From contig NC_057759.1 of assembly GCF_004010195.1 (NCBI RefSeq), positions 2,107,237 through 2,171,236 of the forward strand: DNA of 64,000 nucleotides, read 5' to 3'. The position numbers were made by a program, and so were the translations under genes. Under the pieces are notes generated by a model. That model worked only from the letters and a program-made list of their open reading frames with translations, was not told where the DNA came from and ran no database searches. Numbering within the stretch: position 1 is the stretch's first letter; every line of letters begins with the position of its first letter. Origin of the DNA: Chiloscyllium plagiosum (Eukaryota). This document shows, piece by piece, positions 52,701 to 64,000 of this stretch.

Positions 52701-54365
52701 AGTCCCTCATCATTGGTATCATTCTCATACATCTCCTTCACACTGTCTGCAGGGTCTGGAACATCCTTCCTTAAGTAAGGTGTCCAGAACAGAAGAAAAC
52801 CAGCCTGAGTAATGGAGTGCCAACTCCCTTTGTCAAATGTATTTCTAAATTCAGCTTCTATTGCCGGTGACGATAAGGTGTTATACATTTACAAAGAAAT
52901 ATCCAATAGATCAAAGGTTTATCTCCAATATGATCTACTATTCTCCATTCAATACTTATGCTGTCACCGGAATTAATGTCTTTTCTGCCCTCTGCTTTGT
53001 GTTGGGTGTTGGGTTAGCTCATTTAGCTGAATGGCTGGTTTGAAATGAGAAAGATTGACAGCACGGGTTTGAATCTCTCACTGGCTACGGTTACCACAAA
53101 GGACTCTCCTTCTCTTCTCCTTGTGTGAGGCATGGTAACCCTCAGGTTAAACCACCACCTAATCAGTCAACACTCTCTTCTCCTCTCCCTCTCCCTCTCT
53201 CTCTCTCTCTGACACTCCAGCTGAGGTCCACCAGTGTCTTGAACAACTTCAACATTACCCCCTTGTTCTTGGTCTCTATGTCCCTATTAATAAAGCTGAG
53301 GATGCTGTGCGTTTTATTAACTGCTCTCCCCCTGTTATGCCATCTTCACTGATCTGTGGACATATACCCCCAGGCTCCCTCTGCTCCTGCACCGCTTTAG
53401 TTTTTTTATCCCGCTAAATGTATTGTCTTTCCATTTCTTTCAACCAACGTCATTCGCCAAATTTGTGTTGAATCAATTTTGACTTTATTTTTGAATGTTC
53501 GTGAATTAAAACCTATTTGGTTAAATCAAACTTCACCTTCTCCATCCTAGTTGTTTTGCTACTAACTAACAATATAATTTCACAAGAACATACAGTCGAG
53601 GATCAAGTTGAGGCCATTTAACCCCTCAGCAACCTGCTCTGCTTTCCCATCTCAGCCTCAACTCCACTTTCCTGCAAACACTCCCTTTGACCCATCACTG
53701 ATTAACAATCTGTCTGTCTCCTCCTCCAATTTAAGCAGTGTCCTGGGTGGTGGGTGGTGGTGGGAGTGATCCCACAGATTTACAACCCCTTCCTAATTTG
53801 AGAGAATTCATTCCTCCTTATGTATGTTTTCAATCTGCCCAGCTCCTTATCCTGAACCGATAACCTCTCGTTCTAGATTCTCCCACAAGAGCAAACATCC
53901 TCTCTTCATCTCCTTTGTCAATACCCTCTTTAGCATCTTATACCCTCAGTTAGTTTTCCTCTCTTCCAAACTCCAGAGAAATTGCTCAATCTCTTGTCTA
54001 AGGCAAACGCTTCATCGCTGGTAATGATTGGGTGAATCTCTTCTGAACTGCCTCTGTCCTCAAGAGATCAAAATTGTACCAGTCTCTTCTCATAAGACTA
54101 ACCTTTCATCTTGGCAATTAATTCAGTGATCTCCTTTGAACTCCCTCCAACTCAACTACATCCATCCTCAAGGAATGGGACCAAAACTGTCTGCAGTACT
54201 CCGAATGTGGAATCCCTTGTATAGTTGCAGCAACAGTTACCTACTTCCATACTCCATTCGTTTCATAATAAATGCCTTCCTTGTGACCTGCTGTAGCCTT
54301 TGCACAGACATTTTGAACTTTCTCTCCTATTCAAATGATAACTTCCCTTTTTTAATTCTTCCAAC
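46690..54365 (+). repeat. Segmental duplication, copy 2 (extra ~2.8 kb at ~48530-51365)
   Basis: Colinear with 24720-30120. Confidence 0.9.
50800..51420 (+). mobile_element. CR1 3' fragment
   Basis: gaaagctaatggaatgctggcctttat...ctggttagaccccacttggag. Confidence 0.8.
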
Positions 54366-54595
54366 TTCCTATTACTCCACTTTGACAGAACTGTGAACTT
54401 GAACTCCAAGTTCCCTCTGTTCCACTACACTCCTCCATGAAACTCCTACCTTGATTTGTCTTTCCAAAATACAAGACCTCACACACTCTCAAAGCTATGC
54501 TGTCCATTCCATATCAAACCCAATCTTTCCAAATGCATGTAAATCATATCTCTCAGAAACTTCAAGTAATTTACCTAAGATAGATTAAGGCTTAA

Positions 54596-55890
54596 TGATC
54601 AGAGTCATAGAGGTGTACAGCATGGAAACAGACCCTTCGGTCCTACCCGTCCAGGTCGACCAGATATCCCAACCCATTCTAGTCCCACCTGCCAGTACCC
54701 GGCCCATATCCTTCCAAACCCTTCCTATTCATATACACGTCCAAATGCCTCTTAAATGTTGCAATTGTACTAGCCTCCACCACATCCTCTGGCAGCTCAT
54801 TCCATATACGTATCACCGTCTGTGTGAAAAATGTGCCCCTTAAGTCTCTTTTATATCTTTTCCCTCTCACCTTAAACCTATGCCCTCTAGTTCTGGACAC
54901 CCCTATCCCAGGGAATAGACTTTGTCTATTTATCCTATCCATGCCCCTCATAATTTTGTAAACCTCTATAAGGTCACCCCTCAGCCTCCGACGCTCCACA
55001 GAAAACAGCCCCAGCCTGTTCAACCTCTCCTTATAGCTCAAATCCTACAACCCTGGCAACATCCTTGCAAATCTTTTCTGAACCCTTTCAAGTTTCACAA
55101 CATCTTTCCAACCGGAAGGAGACCAGAATTGCACACAATATTCCAACAGTGGCCTAACCAATGTCCTGGACAGCCACAACATGACCTCCCAATTCCTGTA
55201 CTCGATACTCTGACCAATAAAGGAAAGCATACCAAACACCACCATCCCTATTCTATTTACCTGCGACTCCACTTTCAAGCAGCTATGAACCTGCACTCGA
55301 AGGTCTCTTTGTTCAGCAACACTCCCTAGGACCTTACCATTAAGTGTATAAGTCCTGCTAAGATTTGCTTTCTCAAAATGCAGCACTTCGCATTTATCTG
55401 AATTAAACTCTATCTGCCACTTGTCAGCCCATTGGCGCATCTGTAATCTGAGGTAACCCTCTTCGCTGTCCACTACACCACCAATTTTGGTGTCATCTGC
55501 AAACTTACTAACTGTACCTCTTGTGCTCATATCCAAATCATTTATGTAAATGACAAAAAGTAGAGGACCCAGCACCGATCCTTGTGGCAGTCCACTGGTC
55601 ACAGGCCTCTAGCCTGAAAAACAACCCTTCACCACCACCCTCTGTCTTCTACCTTTGAGCCAGTTCTATATCTAAATGCTTGTTCTACCTGTATTCCATG
55701 CTAATCAGTCTCCCATGGGGAACCTTGTCAAATGCCTTACTGAAGTCCACATAGATAATATCTACTGCTCTCCCAGGTTTTTCTTTGCAACCATTCTTGA
55801 ATAATGGTACATTTGCCACCCTCTATTCTTCTGTGACCTCACCGGTGGCTAAATATCAGCCAGGACTCCCGCAATTTCTTCTCCAGCCTG
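54596..55890 (-). mobile_element. CR1 LINE RT and 3' end
   Basis: SGLPQGSVLGPLLFVIYINDL, FADDTKIGG, YCVQFWSP. Confidence 0.93.
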
Positions 55891-57146
55891 TTGCAGTGAG
55901 GACCTAGAAATTGGACAAACTAACGGATATAAGGGTAGAAAAGTCTCCTGACCCTAACCGATTGCATCTGAGAGGACTAAAAGAGATGGCACGCTTGGTG
56001 ATTTTCTTAACTTAGATGGACTCTGGGGCAGTTCCGCAGATTGGAAAACAGCAAATGTGATGCCACTGTTTAAAAAGGGAGATAGAGAAAACAAATGGGG
56101 AATTATAGGCCAGTTAGCTTAACATATGTCATGGCAAGATGCTAGAGTCTATTATCAAGGAAGGAATAGCAAGGCATCTCGATAGAAATTGTCCCAATCG
56201 CCAGGCACAGCAAGCCATGCTTAATTAATCTTCTCGAATACTATGAAGACATTATAAGTAATCTGACCAATGTGGACCAAGTGGATGTGATATATCTAGA
56301 TTTCCAAAAGGCATTCGACAAGGTGCCATGCAAAAGGCTGCTGCATAAGATGAAGGTGCACGGCGTTACAGGCAATCCATTAGCATGGACAGAGAGTTGG
56401 TTAACTAACAGGAAGCAAAGAGTAGGGAAATTTGAATGCTTTTCTGGTTGGCAATCAAGGACTAGTGGTGTGCATCAGGGATCAGTGTTGTGACCTCACC
56501 GGTGGCTAAATATCAGCCAGGACCCCTGCAATTTCTTCTCCAGCCTGTTGCAGTGAGGACCTAGAAATTGGACAAACTAACGGATATAAGGGTAGAAGAG
56601 TCTCCTGACCCTAACCGATTGCATCCGAGAGGACTAAAAGAGATGGCACTCTTGGTGATTTTCGTAACTTAGATGGACTCTGGGGCAGTTCCGCAGATTG
56701 GAAAACAGCAGATGTGATGCCACTGTTTAAAAAGGGAGATAGAGAAAACGAATGGGGAATTATAGGCCAATTAGCTTAACATATGTCGTGGCAAGATGCT
56801 AGAGTCTGTTATCAAGGAAGGAATAGCAAGGCATCTCGATAGAAATTGTCCCAATCGCCAGGCACAGCAAATCATGCTTAATTAATCTTCTAGAATACTA
56901 TGAAGACATTATAAGTATGCTGAACAATGTGGACCAAGTGGATGTGATATATCTCGATTTCCAAAAGGCATTCGACAAGGTGCCGTGCAAAAGGCTGCTG
57001 CATAAGATGAAGGTGCATGGCATTACAGGCAATCCATTAGCATAGACAGAGGGTTGGTTAACTAACAGAAAGCAAAGAGTGGGGAAATTTGAATGCTTTT
57101 CTGGTTCGCAATCAAGGACTAGTGGTGTGCATCAGGGATCAGTGTT
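55832..57146. repeat. 657-bp tandem duplication
   Basis: tgtgacctcaccggtggct at 55832 and 56489. Confidence 0.95.
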
Positions 57147-58110
57147 AGGACTGCAATTGTTTACAATTTACACAGATGGTGTGGAGTTGGGGACCATATG
57201 TAGTGTGTTAAAGTTTGCAGATGACAAATGGTTTAGAGGCATATGTTCAAATGTGGGGGTGAAGGTCTGGCAGATGGAGTACAATGTTGGTAAATTGGAA
57301 GTCATCCATTTTAGTAGCAATAATAGTAAAAAGGACTATTATTTGAACAGTAAAAATTTGCAGTAAGCTACTGTGCAGTGAGACTTGGGGTTTCCTTGAG
57401 CATAAATAGCAGAACGCTGGTCTGCGAATGCAACAGGTAAATACTAAGGCAAATGGAATATCGTCCTTTATTGGTGGAGGAATTGAGTTTAAAAGCGGGG
57501 TGGATATGTTGTGGCTGTATAGGGTGCTGGTGAGGTCACATCTAGAGTACTGTGTGCAGTTTTGGTCTCCTTACTTGAGAAAGGAGGTATTGACACTAAA
57601 GGGGGTGCAGAGGAGGCTCACTAGGTTCTTGAGTTGAGGGGGTTGCTTTAAGAGGAGATACTGAGTAGGCTGGGATTATAATCATTGGAATTTAGAAGGT
57701 TGGTGGGGAGGAGGGTGGGTGTGTGGGGGAGGAATCTTACAGAGACATATAAAATTAATGAAGGGAATAGATGAGATTGAAGCAGGAAGAAAATTGCCAC
57801 TGGCAGGTGAACCTAGAACAAGAGGGCATTGACTCAAAATCAGGGGGAGCAGATTTAGGACTGAATTGAGAAGGAATTTCTTCACCCAGAGGATTGTGAA
57901 TTTGTAGAATTCCCTACCCAGTGAAGTAGTTGAGGTTTCCTCATTTTATGTTTTTAAAGCTAAGATAATGTTTTGAAGAGTAAAGGAATTCAGGGTTATG
58001 GTGAGAGGCTGGGTAAGTAGAGCTGAGGCTGGGAAAAGATCAGCCATGATCTTATTGAATGGCAGAGCAGGCTCAAAGGGCCAGATGGCCAACTCTTCAT
58101 CCAGGTTCTT
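55895..58110 (+). mobile_element. CR1 LINE RT and 3' end
   Basis: VDVIYLDFQKAFDKVP, GVHQGSVLG, KFADD, LEYCVQFWSPYL. Confidence 0.92.
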
Positions 58111-60438
58111 ATGTTTGTAATTCTTAGTGGTCAATCACCCCAAACCTAGAACATCATTGCAGGAGTTTCTCAGGTTAGTATCCTTGGCCCAATCGCTCTG
58201 AGCTGCCTCGAGGACTTTACGTTTGAATGAAAGTCCAAGTTGGTACTCTGATTACACAATATGTAGCACCATTTGAGACTCCTCAGGCACACAAGCAATC
58301 TCTGTCTTAACACTGTAAAAGAAGATCAGTCACATGGAACACGTTTTGTGTAACAGGACATCTTAAGATCCTTCAGGAGAGTTTGCAAAATAAACATTGG
58401 GCACCGACACATTGAATGGTATTCCCTTGAATGACACAAATTTTGATTGTAGGGCAAGTTTTGAACAAATATTAACCAGGAGCGAGGCAGACTGGTTGAG
58501 GGATGGAATATCAGAACTTCCTGCTCAGGCAAGGCCATAACGGAATAATGACAGTCAGAGATGCTAAAGAGGGCAGAATGAGTGGAATGCAATTATCTCA
58601 GAGTGAGGAAGTGCAGGTAACAAGGACAGGGAGCAACACAGCCCAATATGCAGATATCACAGAGAGTTACAGACTGGATATTTTAGTGAGCAAGAGGGAT
58701 TTTTGCAATTTTTAACTGGAGCAAATTTCTGCTCATGGAGGCAGTACCTTAGTTGTATTGTTAGCAGACTATTAACCTCAGGACCCAGGTCATGTTCGGA
58801 GGATCTGGTTTTAAATTCTACTATGACGGATGAGTTGAATGAAAATCTGGAATTGATTGTTGGAAAATCTCACCTGGTATACTGAAGTCCTTTAAAGGAA
58901 GGAAACAGTGTCCATACCCAGTCTGCTGTATGTGATTCTAGATCTGCAGTGATGTGGTTGACTCTTAGCTGCCCTGGATGAGCAAATGATAGCCTCATCC
59001 TGTGAATCAATAAATCAATAAAACATCCAGTGCTGTCAAATACACAGTCTGATAATTTAGCAACAGTGGAATAATGGAGACATTGGGTTGTCTGATGGGA
59101 TAGAATTGGGCAGCAGACATATGAACCCTCATGCTGAGCCTTTGGATGAGCTCACGTCATGGTGCCGTGTGGTTGAGAATAGCAGAAGCCAGGGATAGGG
59201 TTCTCCCTTGAGGGTTACCAACTTCTAGGTTTTTGGGAAGGAAATGAGGCCACGTTGGTCTTCACTGGATGGATGATGGTGGAATTAAAGTGACAGGGAC
59301 CTTACCAGATGAGAGCAAGAACTGTTAACAATATCAGTGAAAGGGAGGAGGTTGGATGCTCGGCAATTGAATGGGAAAATGGTCAAGAGAGGAGAAGTTG
59401 GTTCTCATGGACATGAGGAGCTCCCAAGGTAGGAGAGGAGCTGGAGGAAGTTGAGTATTCAGGACTCAGACAAGGTGGAACTTCAGAGACAGTTTCAGGG
59501 AAAGGAGGGACACGGAAGAGACGGCTGCTTAGATTATCTCAATCTGAATGACAAAGTAGTTCAATGAGCTCCTTCCAAGATGGAGGAGAGAGAAAGGGAA
59601 CCTTTTCAAAAGGAAGTACTAAGAACATTAGAAAGTGTTAGCAAGCTGGGTGTTTACTACAAATTTGATATAATTGACTTTTTAATCCCTTTGTAAACAC
59701 CTGTAACCAAGCTAGAATTTCCACAAGGTCATTGAAAAAGACTACAATGAATCAAATTGGGTGCTGGATGTGATCAGCAGCAAATTCCAACTCCTTCACT
59801 TATGGAAGTTACTCTGGCAGTTAACTTAGTGTTGTCGTGCATGCCCGGTATCATATTACAGGGCTCCAGTAACAGATAATGATAGTGCATTGTGATAGGT
59901 TAGCCAAATCACTGGTAAATGAGAGAATGCTGACATTACAACATTATCAATCTGATAGGTTAATTGTGATGGAGGGAACCAGTGTGGCAGACGGTGATTA
60001 GTTTAGAAAGATAAAGCGAGCCAGCATGATTGGCTATGCTAATGTTATCCAATAAACGCAGGAAAAACAACTGTATAAGTTGCAGGAGAACAAAGAGCCC
60101 GTGGAGAGACAGGGAAGACATTTCGTTGGCTCCCATAGCTTTGATTTTGCAAGATTAAAGTTTAATTTCACGAAGGATTTTCTGTATCTCCTGGTAATTT
60201 TTAAAACATTGATTCTTCCACAACACACTCAGAGGGAGATCACTTCAATGAACACTTAGAAATAGGTTTGTTACAGTCATCCCTTTAACTGAGCTGGAAT
60301 TCATTAACTTCAGCGGAAACCTGCCCCAGTGGATATCATACAGTTATCAATTACAAAAGTAATTAAGTTCTTTGACATAGCTCCATATCAGGTGGGACTA
60401 TGAAGCGGGGAGATGTTCACGGTAAAAATCAGGTTCTG

Positions 60439-61055
60439 TCATTTCTCATTAATACGCTGGTGTTTCAGCAGCTTGGATTTCACAATGAATCTGTTACCAC
60501 AGTCAGTGCAGCAGAACAGCCTCTAACTTCCGAGAGATCACTGGTGTTTTATGTGAAAATCCTTTCCCGCAGGTGAATGGTCTCTCCCCAGTGTGGATCC
60601 ACTGGTGTTTAATGAGGTTGGATGATGGCTTGAACCCACATCCACAGTGAGAGCACATGAAGGGTCTCTCATCACAGTGAGGATATTGTTAGGATATCAG
60701 TGCCCCAGAGTTTTTAAAGCACCTCCCACATTCTGAGCATTTCAAAGGTCTGTTCTCTATGTGAACTTGCTGGGGTTTCAGCAAGGTGGATGATTAAGTG
60801 AATCCTTTCCCACCCTTGGAACAGATGAGTGGCCTTTCCCTAGTGTGGCTGTATTTATATTGTGACAGAGCAGATGATCTGCTGAAGACTTGTCCACATG
60901 TATAACACACGTCCGGTTTCTCCCCCACTGTGAACGATGCTTTTTTCTGCAAAACCCAATGATATTCAGACAACAATAAACTCGGCAGCTTGGTCAGATT
61001 GGGAATAATGCCTGGTTTTAAGTCTCCTCATTGCAAATCATCTTCTTCCAATACC
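60439..61055 (-). pseudogene. C2H2 zinc-finger pseudogene exon (~5-6 decayed fingers)
   Basis: [70 protein letters not shown]; in-frame stops; acceptor tttgtttcacag at 61056. Confidence 0.85.
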
Positions 61056-61169
61056 CTGTGAAACAAAAGGCAAATCAAGTGAGAACCCAGAAAAAGAAGA
61101 TGTTTAACACCATCAGATGCAACTTAACCCAGCAAGTCTGCTGTCAACATTCAGTGAGATCAGAGCTGA

Positions 61170-61790
61170 TCCAATAATCTTCAGCTCGATTTTCCTGCCC
61201 TATGCCCGCACCCTTGAATTCCTTACTAATTGAAAATCTATTTATCTCAGCCTTGGACAGACTGAGCAGCACAGCCTTTACAGGCCACTGCAGTATTCAG
61301 TACCCAAAGAGAAGGAATTCCTCCACATCTGTTTTTAATAGGTGATTCCTTACTTTGAGATTATGTCCTCAAGTCCTCAACTCTCAAATAAGTAGTAACA
61401 ATCTCCCTGAATCTACAATGTCAAGCTCCTCAGAATCTTTCCATAAGGTCTTGTCTCATTCTTCTGAACTTCAATGAGTACAGAAGCAATCTGCTCAAAC
61501 TCATCTCCTGAGAAATTCCTCCCATATCTGGGATCAATCTCCTGAACACTCTATGGACTGCCTTTCCCAAAACAAGGGACAAAAGCTATTCACAGGATTC
61601 CAAATGTGATCTGACTCATGTCTTGTCCAGTTTTAGCAAAACTTCAATTTTTCTCCCCATTCCCTTTAAATAAAAGCCAACTGACTATTTCCCTCCCTGA
61701 ATACCCACTGAACCTGGATGCTAGCTTATCACCTTTCAAGCAGAAGGACCCACAATTCCATGCTGCAGCTTGCTGCAGAGGTTTTCCCTC
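61170..61790 (-). mobile_element. Old CR1 3' fragment
   Basis: Degenerate match to the other CR1 tails in this window. Confidence 0.6.
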
Positions 61791-62329
61791 GTTAAATAAT
61801 ATTCACCTCTCCTCGTCTTCCTGCCAGAATGCATATATTTTCCCACATTATATTCCATAGTGCTGGAAGGAGGATGACGAGAATGAGAGGGGTTTTATCA
61901 ACCATATCTTGAGTATAACCTCCCACACCAGCCACTTTCACCACCACGAAAGACCGGGGAGCATGTGTTGTGACCAGCACTCTCTTGGAGATCCCTCCAA
62001 ATCACACAACGTCCCAACATCCAGTGCTGGATGAATAGAAATTGCCTCCAATTTAATCAAGAACTTGGGAGCAGAGTCTGTTCGAGAGAGATGTGAGGAA
62101 TGGCTTTGATATGAAAAGGGTGGAAAAGGTTGTTAGTTTTCAGTCTGAGACAGATAAACTTTTGTTCAACAAAGGTATTCAGGGAGATGGGCCAAAGGCT
62201 GAACTCCACACAGCAGCCATGAGTTCATTCAATAGTGGAACAGTTGAAAGGCCTACTCCTGATCCTTTGTTCACTGAAAGCTGCAGGCCTCAGTCCCTGT
62301 TACAGACTTCCTAACTCCAACTGTATTGC

Positions 62330-62830
62330 CATCTCAGGTAACTATCTGGACCAGGCTCTTTCCAACATTAAGGGAGCATCAAACTTGGAGATCAGCTTTC
62401 AGCCACAGAGCCACATTCTCACCAGACATCAAGAGTATTTCCGAACTGACAGCCAGACTACTGCGACCACTAGGACTCATAACAGCACACAAACCAACAG
62501 CCACTCTCAGATAACAACTCACCAGGACGAAGGACCCGATACCCAGCATGAGCAAAACCAATGTAGTGTACAAAATCCCATGCAAGGACTGCACGAAACA
62601 CTACATAGGACAAACAGGAAGACAGCTAACGATCCGCATCCATGAACACCAACTAGCCACGAAACGACACGACCAACTATCCTTAGTAGCCACACACTCC
62701 GATGATGAGCAACGAATTCGACTGGGACAACACTAATATTATAGGACAAGCCAAACAGAGAATAACCAGGGAATTCCTAGAGGCATGGCACTCTTCCACA
62801 GATTCAATCACAGCTCGGCGAATAGAACCA
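62330..62830 (+). mobile_element. Penelope-like GIY-YIG endonuclease fragment
   Basis: NVVYKIPCKDCTKHYIGQTGRQLTIRIHEH; REFLEAWHS. Confidence 0.9.
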
Positions 62831-62879
62831 CAACAACGAGCACCCGAGCTACAAATCTCACAAACTCTGAACATTCTCA

Positions 62880-63300
62880 CCGTGACGTTCTATTTCCATT
62901 TCAGTAACATGGCCTGATTCCAACACAGTCTCAGCTCCAGGTGCTGAAAATCTCATCCAGTCCTTTGTAACCTCGAGACTGAATGACCGTAACACACTCC
63001 TGATCCACCTTCCACTTTCAACCTCCCTGCAATCTTCAGCTCATCCAACACCCTGCTGCCCGTGTGCTCACTCACTCTGAGTTTTGTTCTCCTCACCCTG
63101 AGCTCACTGACCTAAAGAGGTCACAAATTGAAGAAAAGAAACATTTTAACAAATTTCTTGTCCTTCTTTTCAAATCCTATGATAGTGATCATTCCCATCT
63201 CTAATCTCTGCCAGCCATACAATCTTTCAAAATATCTGCACTTACTTAATTTTGGCTTCTTGAGCATGGTCAATTAATCTCCCCAACAATAGTGGATGTT
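62880..63300 (+). mobile_element. L2-type LINE remnant
   Basis: AENLIQSFVTSRL and LQLIQHPAARVLT resemble L2 ORF2 C-terminal motifs. Confidence 0.6.
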
Positions 63301-63379
63301 CTTTCAGTATGAAATGTTTAAAAATCAAGTTAAGCACCAAGTCATTGAAATGGAGGGGGCCAGACCAGGCGAGGTGTTG

Positions 63380-63990
63380 TAACTGCATGATGTCAGAGCT
63401 GGTGGACCCCATTGTGGTTCATAGCTACTACAACCATAACAAGTGTTGGTTGAGGGATTCCAGCTCAGATTGTTGAGCTGAAATCTGAGCTCCGAACACT
63501 TCCACACACCAGGGAGGGGCAGGAGTTACCTGGATGCTCTGTTTCAGGAGGCATTAGATTAACTACCTCAAATCGATCAGTGGTCAGGTGTGACTATGAG
63601 TGATGCAGATAGAGGAAACCAAAGGGTAGTGCTAAATGAGCCTCAGCCCATCAGCTTGCCGAACAGGTTTGAGATTCTTGCTCCCTTTGTGGATGAGAGT
63701 GGGGTCTGTAGGGAGAATGAGCAAATTGACCACAGCACTGTGGGAGAGGGAGCGATTCAAGAGGAAGGAGAAGAGAAATGCAAGTGTAATCGGAAACAGT
63801 GTAGTCAGGGGAATAGAGAGTCCCAAAGGCAGATTTGCCTGCCTGGTGCCTGGCTTCACGCTGCAGAGGAACAATCCAATTGTCAATATAGACAGAACAA
63901 GGGAAGACGTTCTGCTGAAGGAATATGTGCAGCTCATGAATAAATTAAAAAACAGAGTAAAACATCTCTGGATTACTACCTGAGCCATAA
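63380..63990 (+). mobile_element. CR1 ORF1 (esterase) remnant
   Basis: ISLPNRFEIL, VIGNSVVRG, CLPGA. Confidence 0.7.
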
Positions 63991-64000
63991 CATCAGCAAG

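Overview
Eukaryotic, repeat-rich genomic DNA, most likely from a cartilaginous fish (inferred from HE1/V-SINEs and shark-type CR1 and Penelope families). The only intact genes are three replication-dependent histone genes at 3.2-7.0 kb: H2B (+), H2A (+) and H4 (-), each with a 3' stem-loop. A 5'-only H2B copy, created by a ~950-bp tandem duplication, lies just upstream. The remainder is nested mobile DNA: many CR1 LINE pieces (one near full length), Penelope-like elements carrying minimal hammerhead-ribozyme motifs, a Gypsy-type LTR remnant, solo LTRs, tRNA-derived SINEs and a decayed class-I endogenous retrovirus (LTR-PBS-gag-pol-env). It also holds a LINE-derived 42-bp minisatellite, a 5-8 kb segmental duplication and a C2H2 zinc-finger pseudogene. 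The most interesting signals are tiny TSD-flanked hammerhead cassettes, a Penelope element with inverted ribozyme-bearing termini, an orphan histone-promoter module and a series of young tandem or templated duplications. All calls were made by eye; repeat boundaries are approximate and no databases were searched.
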